From assembly GCA_035559535.1 (NCBI GenBank), contig DATMBG010000058.1, positions 248,001-312,000 of the forward strand: a stretch of 64,000 nt of DNA, in the 5' to 3' direction. Within the stretch, counting starts at the first letter, position 1. The number at the start of each line of letters is the position of its first letter. Position numbers and translations under genes: made by a program. The DNA is from Candidatus Limnocylindrales bacterium (lineage in GTDB: Bacteria; Moduliflexota; Moduliflexia; Moduliflexales; JAUQPW01). Under the pieces are notes generated by a model. That model did not search any database. It was not told the DNA's origin and saw nothing but the letters and a program-made list of their open reading frames with translations. Below are positions 58,360 to 64,000 of this stretch, piece by piece.

Positions 58360-60063
58360 ATGAGAAAGACAAAACTTCAAACTCTCATCTGGATTGCAAC
58401 GGCCTGTATAGCCTTATTCCTTTCAACCGGTGCGTATATTGCGTATCGTAGCATGGAAGGAGAAATTGCGAATCAATTTAATAAACAACAGGAGATGCTG
58501 GCCAAGCAGGCGGCTTCCGGAATCGAAGCCCATTTTCAAGAAATTCTCTTTACCCTAAAATTGGGGACTTCCTTGGAAAATGAAGGAATGGGGGTTAATT
58601 CGATTAACCTCAAAACCCTCTATGATCGACTCAACGGAAAAGTGATTAGCCTGGTTCGGGTAGATGAGTCCGGAATCCCAAAGCAAGCCTATCCTGAGGA
58701 AATCCTTGAACAGGTTAAAAACCGAAATTACCACGGAGTAGATTATTTTCGGGTCTGCTGGATTACCGGCCAACCCTACATATCTAAATGGTTAACAGAT
58801 AAAACCCAGCCAAGGAAGATCATCGTAGCCGTTCCGGTTTTTAATCGGGAAGTACGGGATGGTCTTTCGGCTTTCAAAGGGATTCTCCTGGCCGATGTAG
58901 ATCCCAATATTATTATCGATACCTATATTAAACCCATAAAATCCGGTAAGTCGGGATTTGCCTGGCTCATCGATAGTAATGGAACTCTTTTATATCATCC
59001 CTTTCATCCGGATAGTAAGGATTCGGCAGATCATTCTTATAGTGAGAACGAGGATAGTTGTAGGGAATGTCATCAGTCCTTTGACCTTGAGACCAAGATG
59101 GTGACCGGGGAAGCCGGTCACACCCGGCTAAAGACTCATACCGGTCAGGAATATTTAATTGCCTATTCCCCGGTTCATATCGATGGGGCGATGTGGGCTG
59201 CTATCGGGGTCAATGTTCCTTACTCGGATGTAACCAATTCGGTTCGAAGAAGCTTCATCTGTATTTTCATCCTGGTCATTATGACCGTAGCCATTATTAT
59301 CATCGGAGCCGCAGCCATCATCCGGCTTAACAATAAACGAATCAAGGCCGAGGAAGTCCTTGCATCGGAAAGATTGGTTACCATTGGAAAAATGGCGGCT
59401 CAAGTGGCCCATGAGATTCGTAACCCCCTCAGTTCTATTAGCTTAAACGCCGAACTCCTGGAAGAGGAAATTAATAGTTATGAAGGGGTATCGACGGAAG
59501 AGGCCAGATCGCTTTTAACGGCAATTATGTCTGAAGTCGATCGATTAGCCTCTATTACAGAGGATTATCTCAAATTTGCCCGGTTACCCAGGCCGGTCTG
59601 GGAAAAGGAAAATATCAACCATATTCTCCTGGACTTACTCAACTTTTCCAAGGAAGAAATTGCAAAACATGGGATTCAGGTTATGACCCAATTTGATCCT
59701 TCGATTCCGGAGATCAAGTTAGATGAAAAACAACTGCGGGAGGCTTTTCTGAATATTTTGAAGAATGCCTTCGAAGCCATGCCCCAGGGCGGTGAGCTTC
59801 AGATTACCACAGCCAGGACGGGTGAGCAAATCGAAGTGATCATCTCGGATACCGGAATCGGCATAGAGGAAAAAAATCTGGAGAAGATCTTTACTCCCTT
59901 TTTCACAACCAAAGAGGACGGTACCGGACTTGGCCTGGCTTTAACTCAGCAAATTATCCACGAACACGGAGGTACTATCCAGTGTAGAAGTCAGGTGGGC
60001 AAAGGAACAACTTTTGTCCTACAATTTCCTGTGGTGGGTCAACGCGTGAAAATGGATAAGTAA
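58360..60063 (+). CDS. Membrane sensor histidine kinase with periplasmic Cache domain containing a CxxCH motif
   Basis: Two TMs; Cache motifs (PYIS, VAVPV, GKSGFAWLIDSNG..YHP); SCRECH; H-box AHEIRNPL; N/G/F boxes. Confidence 0.92.
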   Translation: MRKTKLQTLIWIATACIALFLSTGAYIAYRSMEGEIANQFNKQQEMLAKQAASGIEAHFQEILFTLKLGTSLENEGMGVNSINLKTLYDRLNGKVISLVRVDESGIPKQAYPEEILEQVKNRNYHGVDYFRVCWITGQPYISKWLTDKTQPRKIIVAVPVFNREVRDGLSAFKGILLADVDPNIIIDTYIKPIKSGKSGFAWLIDSNGTLLYHPFHPDSKDSADHSYSENEDSCRECHQSFDLETKMVTGEAGHTRLKTHTGQEYLIAYSPVHIDGAMWAAIGVNVPYSDVTNSVRRSFICIFILVIMTVAIIIIGAAAIIRLNNKRIKAEEVLASERLVTIGKMAAQVAHEIRNPLSSISLNAELLEEEINSYEGVSTEEARSLLTAIMSEVDRLASITEDYLKFARLPRPVWEKENINHILLDLLNFSKEEIAKHGIQVMTQFDPSIPEIKLDEKQLREAFLNILKNAFEAMPQGGELQITTARTGEQIEVIISDTGIGIEEKNLEKIFTPFFTTKEDGTGLGLALTQQIIHEHGGTIQCRSQVGKGTTFVLQFPVVGQRVKMDK

Positions 60064-60083
60064 CTAGAATGGATTTTTGTAAC

Positions 60084-60147
60084 CCTACCTCACCCCCCTT
60101 CCCCCTTTCCTGAAGCTTCAGGAAAGGGGGAAGGGGGGTGAGGTAGG
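60084..60147. repeat. Perfect 64-bp palindrome without spacer
   Basis: CCTACCTCACCCCCCTTCCCCCTTTCCTGAAG | CTTCAGGAAAGGGGGAAGGGGGGTGAGGTAGG. Confidence 0.92.
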
Positions 60148-60260
60148 AAGATCTCTTACGCCTTATTCTTCTTTATTTGAAATTTTGGGAAAGGGGTTAG
60201 AAAGAAGGAATTGATTTTTACTTTATCTTTTTTATTCTTTGTTTTTATTCTTTGTTAATT

Positions 60261-61739
60261 ATGGATACCAGCTCAGAATCTACTATTCTTATCGTAGATG
60301 ATCATAAGGAAACTCAAGAATCCCTCATAAAGATTCTTCAAAAAGAGGGTTACACCGTACTTGCTGCGGAAAGCGGTGAAATGGCTTTGGATATTATCCG
60401 AAAACGCCCGGTCCACGTCGTCGTGACCGATTTAAGGATGCCCGGGATGAGTGGAATCGATCTACTCCGGGCCTGTAAGGCCATAGCCCCTGAAATAGAG
60501 ATTGTTTTGATTTCAGGTTATGGGACTATAGAGACGGCTGTAGAGGCTATGAAAGAAGGGGCCTATGATTTTGTGGCTAAGCCTTTCAAAAAGATCATGC
60601 TGACCAAAACCATCAAGAAGGCTCTTGAAAAACAGTCATTAGCGGCTGAAAATCGTTATCTTAAAGAGCAGATCAAAGACTTGAAGAGTTTGGGTTCAAG
60701 AAAACAAGTTATTGGTACCAGTCTGGCCATGCGTCGGGTTCTGGAGATTGTTTCCCAAGTGGCCTCCAGTTCAGCAACGGTACTCATCCAGGGTGAGAGT
60801 GGGACAGGTAAAGAAGTTATTGCCAATGCCCTTCACTATTACAGTTCTCGAGCCGATAAACCCTTTGTGAAGGTAAGCTGTGCCGCCTTACCTGAAACTC
60901 TATTAGAAGCCGAGCTCTTCGGACACGAGCGGGGTGCCTTTACAGGAGCAATAGCCCGTAGGGAAGGAAGATTCGAAGTCGCCAATGGAGGAACCCTATT
61001 CCTGGATGAAATTGGCGAGATGAGTATGGCGACCCAGGTTAAACTCCTTCGGGTTCTCCAGGAAGGTGAGTTTGAAAGGCTTGGCTCTTCCAAGACTATC
61101 AAAGTAGATGTCCGTCTTGTTGCGGCGACGAATGTGGATTTGCTGGAAGCTATCAAACAGAAAAAGTTTCGAGAGGATCTCTATTACCGGTTAAATGTAA
61201 TTACGCTTACCCTTCCTCCTCTTCGGGACCGAAAAGAAGATATTCCCTTACTGGCCGAGCATTTCTTAAATATCTATCGGGAGAAAAATCATAAATCTAT
61301 CAAAGGAATCTCCAAAGAAGCCATGGATATTCTGTTAGCCTATTCCTGGCCTGGGAATGTTCGCGAGCTGGAGAATACCATAGAACGTGCCGTGGTTCTG
61401 GCAAGAACTGATCTAATCACCCTGGAGGAGCTCCCTGAAAATCTTAAACGGTCTGTCGTCTCCCTGGGGGCCGATCCCATTACTCCGGAAGAACTCTCTG
61501 AAACCCTTAAAGGAGAAAACTTGAACAAGAATTATTTGATCGTTCCTCTGGGAACTCCCTTGGAAGAGATAGAACTTCAGGTAATTCATGAAACTCTGCG
61601 GCGGGTCAAGGGGGATAAGAACCTGGCGGCCAAACTTTTAGGAATTGCCTCCAGAACCATTTATCGAAAGTTAGGTGAGTTGGAAAAGATGGACTCGCCT
61701 TCGGAGCATAAAGAAGAGATCATCCTGGATCAGACCTGA
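60261..61739 (+). CDS. Sigma54-dependent response regulator (NtrC/AtoC family)
   Basis: Receiver (TDLRMP), [37 protein letters not shown]-terminal HTH ([15 protein letters not shown]). Confidence 0.96.
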   Translation: MDTSSESTILIVDDHKETQESLIKILQKEGYTVLAAESGEMALDIIRKRPVHVVVTDLRMPGMSGIDLLRACKAIAPEIEIVLISGYGTIETAVEAMKEGAYDFVAKPFKKIMLTKTIKKALEKQSLAAENRYLKEQIKDLKSLGSRKQVIGTSLAMRRVLEIVSQVASSSATVLIQGESGTGKEVIANALHYYSSRADKPFVKVSCAALPETLLEAELFGHERGAFTGAIARREGRFEVANGGTLFLDEIGEMSMATQVKLLRVLQEGEFERLGSSKTIKVDVRLVAATNVDLLEAIKQKKFREDLYYRLNVITLTLPPLRDRKEDIPLLAEHFLNIYREKNHKSIKGISKEAMDILLAYSWPGNVRELENTIERAVVLARTDLITLEELPENLKRSVVSLGADPITPEELSETLKGENLNKNYLIVPLGTPLEEIELQVIHETLRRVKGDKNLAAKLLGIASRTIYRKLGELEKMDSPSEHKEEIILDQT

Positions 61740-61855
61740 AACTCAAGATCCTTTAGATCGCTAGACAATATAAAGGGAAGGTAACTCTTTAAGCTTTCTC
61801 AGGCAATGGGGATCCCCACCCTAACCCTCCCTATGGACAGGGTGGTCAATTCGTT

Positions 61856-61886
61856 ACCTGACTTTTGACAAAGTGTCAAGTCAGGT
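61856..61886. promoter_or_regulatory. Dyad, candidate upstream activating sequence for the NtrC-family regulator
   Basis: ACCTGACTT-TTGACA-AAG-TGTCAA-GTCAGGT, about 120 bp upstream of a sigma54 promoter. Confidence 0.5.
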
Positions 61887-62000
61887 CGGAGAAGATGGAA
61901 AAAAAGCAAGATTGTAAAAAGACTTTAGAATCAGAAAAGACCGCATTTCATCCAGGCTTAAGAGGTTTTTCTCCTCTCTTAAGCGGGTAAGTTCAAGGAA

Positions 62001-62016
62001 TGGCTTGTATCTTGCA
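62001..62016 (+). promoter_or_regulatory. Sigma54 (-24/-12) promoter
   Basis: TGGCTTGTATCTTGCA matches TGGCAC-N5-TTGCW spacing. Confidence 0.7.
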
Positions 62017-62120
62017 CTTTAAAAAATCGTTCTCACTATATTACCGGTAAAACAAGACCTCTCCCAAATAGCATCAAAGGAAAGGTTTCACTGTCAGCTT
62101 AACCTAAAGATTTCAAATTT

Positions 62121-62552
62121 ATGCTCCAACATTCAACACCTTGCATCTTAGTGGTAGATGATGATAAAGAAATTCGCTGCGCACTAACCCGAATCTTCTC
62201 GAAGGAAGGCTACCAGGTAGCTGCAGCAGCCAGTGGAGAAGAAGCCCTTGCGCTTTTTCAAAAAAATAAATTTAACCTGGTCATTACGGATTTACGCATG
62301 CCCGGCATAGGGGGTTTAGAACTCCTGAAGAAAATCAAAACAGACAAGCCTGAAACGGTGGTAATCATCCTGACCGCTTTTTGCGATGAGATTACCTATA
62401 CCGATATGAAAGCCCTCGGAGTCTATACCTACCTCTGTAAGCCCATCAAAAAAAATGAAATGCTGACGGCAGTCAAAAAGGCCCTCTTACCTACCCCGGG
62501 TTACAATCAACCCTATTCCATCGTGTTTCCTCAACCGTCCCCTAGTCCCTAG
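62121..62552 (+). CDS. Single-domain response regulator
   Basis: ILVVDDD, ITDLRMPGIGG, ILTA, CKP; no output domain. Confidence 0.88.
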   Translation: MLQHSTPCILVVDDDKEIRCALTRIFSKEGYQVAAAASGEEALALFQKNKFNLVITDLRMPGIGGLELLKKIKTDKPETVVIILTAFCDEITYTDMKALGVYTYLCKPIKKNEMLTAVKKALLPTPGYNQPYSIVFPQPSPSP

Positions 62553-62756
62553 TTTTTAGTTTTTTTCCTTTAAGTTAAAAATTCCCTTGATTAAATTTTC
62601 TATTCTCAATACATATACCTCAAATTCCGTTTCCAGATTTTGTTATGGATGAGAAGGTTATTCTGCTAAAGCAGGCGAGACGCCTGCGTTCCTAAGCTGC
62701 GTTAGATTTTGTTATCGATTGGATGGTCATTACCGTATGAAGGAGGTAAAGCTGTT

Positions 62757-64000
62757 ATGCCAACACCCCTATCACTGGATGAGCGCATCGCTTCTCTGGT
62801 TCCAGAGGTTGGTGAAGAATTTCGGGTGGAACTCAGGCATGCCTTACAAACGTTACGGGCGTCAGAGAATCCCATTGGGGTTTTATTGGGTATGCCCCAT
62901 TTGATTTGGCGATTAATCGAGGAGATTCTAAAATGCGCAGGGTATAGACGACCCAGCAATAGTCTTTATGACTGTATCCTTATGGCCGCTCACGGGGATC
63001 CCGAAAAAAAGATTAAGGGATTGAATATCCTGCCCGATGAGATGGCTTCCCATTTCCATAGGCTCTATAAGCTTTCTAACCGGGCCGACCATGTTACTGA
63101 ACAAGCCACCCTGACGGTTGCCGATGCCGAAAATGCTTTGCATCTTTTCCTGCGTGTGCTGGAATGGTTTTATTGTGAAAGCGAGCCGGGTCCCCATTTA
63201 CCTACCATTTACGGGGAAATAACCGATGGGAGTTATAAAGCTCCCGAAAAGTTACAGGAAATATCCCAAAAAAGGGCCCGATTGGAAAAACTCTTGAAGG
63301 AAAGGTATACAAAACCCGTTGCAGTCATGTTTATTACCCTGGAAGGTACTGGAAAGTCTTTTGGAGGATCGAGTGATCTCATGGATTTTAAAAGGCTCCA
63401 ACCATATCGCGCGCTGCTTCTTCCTATCACGGAAGGGCAGGGTAGGGTTATCCAAACCACCGGGGATACTCTGATAGCTTGTTTCAATAATCCTGAAAAA
63501 GCTGTTAAAACAGCTATCGAAATGCAAAAGATTCTTCGGGAAACCGCCGGTCAGGGGGAAGAAACTTATCTGTGTATTGGAATTAACTATGGGATCGGTA
63601 TGGTAGAGCAGAAAGAAGACGGCACCCTGGAGGTATCTGAAGCGGCTGTGAACCCGGCAGCCTGGGTCAAAGAAGAGGGAAAAAAGATTAGTCAGGTTTT
63701 TATCTCTCAATCTGTTTATAAAGCTATCCAAAATTCTAAAGAGATTACCCGCCTCTCTAAGGAGAGAGAAAAAACCGAGAAGAAAATAAAACCTTCCCCT
63801 ATTTATCCGGTTGTTCTGAGAGCTATCCTGGGGATCACCCTTATAGGACTTGTTCTGATTGTAGGGTTCTTCAGCTATAAGCACCGGCTTTCCCCACGAC
63901 TCCCGTCCCATGAACCTGCAATAAGACTGCCTTACGATCAAGTTTCTCAGGAACCCGGATCTTATAAGCCGGAGAGTATCGAAGCTATCGTTAAAACTCC
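62757..64000 (+). CDS. Multidomain membrane protein (partial): DUF4145/HEPN-like N-terminus + degenerate class III cyclase + TM
   Basis: Absent from the ORF track because it has no stop in the window. SD AAGGAGG, ATG 62757, open to 64000: MPTPLSLDERI...HRLYKLSNRADH...LRVLEWFY...VAVMFITLEG...TTGDTLIACF...CIGINYG...AVNPAAWV...ILGITLIGLVLIVGFF. Confidence 0.75.
   Translation, partial: MPTPLSLDERIASLVPEVGEEFRVELRHALQTLRASENPIGVLLGMPHLIWRLIEEILKCAGYRRPSNSLYDCILMAAHGDPEKKIKGLNILPDEMASHFHRLYKLSNRADHVTEQATLTVADAENALHLFLRVLEWFYCESEPGPHLPTIYGEITDGSYKAPEKLQEISQKRARLEKLLKERYTKPVAVMFITLEGTGKSFGGSSDLMDFKRLQPYRALLLPITEGQGRVIQTTGDTLIACFNNPEKAVKTAIEMQKILRETAGQGEETYLCIGINYGIGMVEQKEDGTLEVSEAAVNPAAWVKEEGKKISQVFISQSVYKAIQNSKEITRLSKEREKTEKKIKPSPIYPVVLRAILGITLIGLVLIVGFFSYKHRLSPRLPSHEPAIRLPYDQVSQEPGSYKPESIEAIVKT

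Noticed and set aside
63252-63941. 229-aa minus-strand ORF (also 62702-62959, 62928-63197, 63233-63487)
   Set aside because: Antisense shadows of the plus-strand ORF starting at 62757, which has a strong SD and recognisable domains.
1-64000. Selenoprotein genes (in-frame UGA) suggested by selC
   Set aside because: The recognised proteins whose ends I checked are full length at their stops, and I saw no UGA at a conserved Cys position. A SECIS search was not possible.

Overview
A 64-kb chromosomal window from a diderm bacterium of moderately low GC (about 40-45% by eye). It carries LPS and nucleotide-sugar genes, Slt and a LolB-like lipoprotein; the lineage cannot be fixed from sequence alone. 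Most of it is core or housekeeping: two branched-chain amino-acid ABC clusters, a TPR + LolB-like pair, PASTA-rpe, the rimP-nusA-infB-DUF503-rbfA operon, a polyprenyl synthase, a Fur/PerR-rubrerythrin-Fe-S oxidoreductase-DUF3501 oxidative-stress operon, dinB, qor, dnaJ, a polyol catabolism trio, tRNA-Sec (selC), site-2 protease-trpS, prkA-yeaH-spoVR and a sigma54 two-component module. I saw no CRISPR array, rRNA, prophage or intact transposase. The most unusual items are: (1) many intra-operon spacers filled by fold-back hairpins of inverted degenerate 7-9-nt repeats that run from stop codon to next start codon, with no Shine-Dalgarno site downstream; (2) a threonine synthase fused to a LeuA-type regulatory domain; (3) a Cache-domain histidine kinase with a periplasmic CxxCH motif upstream of a sigma54 activator and its likely target; (4) a lanpepsy-like twin-PepSY protein; (5) a Kdo-hydroxylase + heptosyltransferase cassette; (6) a truncated DUF4145/HEPN-like + pseudo-cyclase + TM ORF at the right edge. 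All product calls come from motif recognition by eye; no searches were run.
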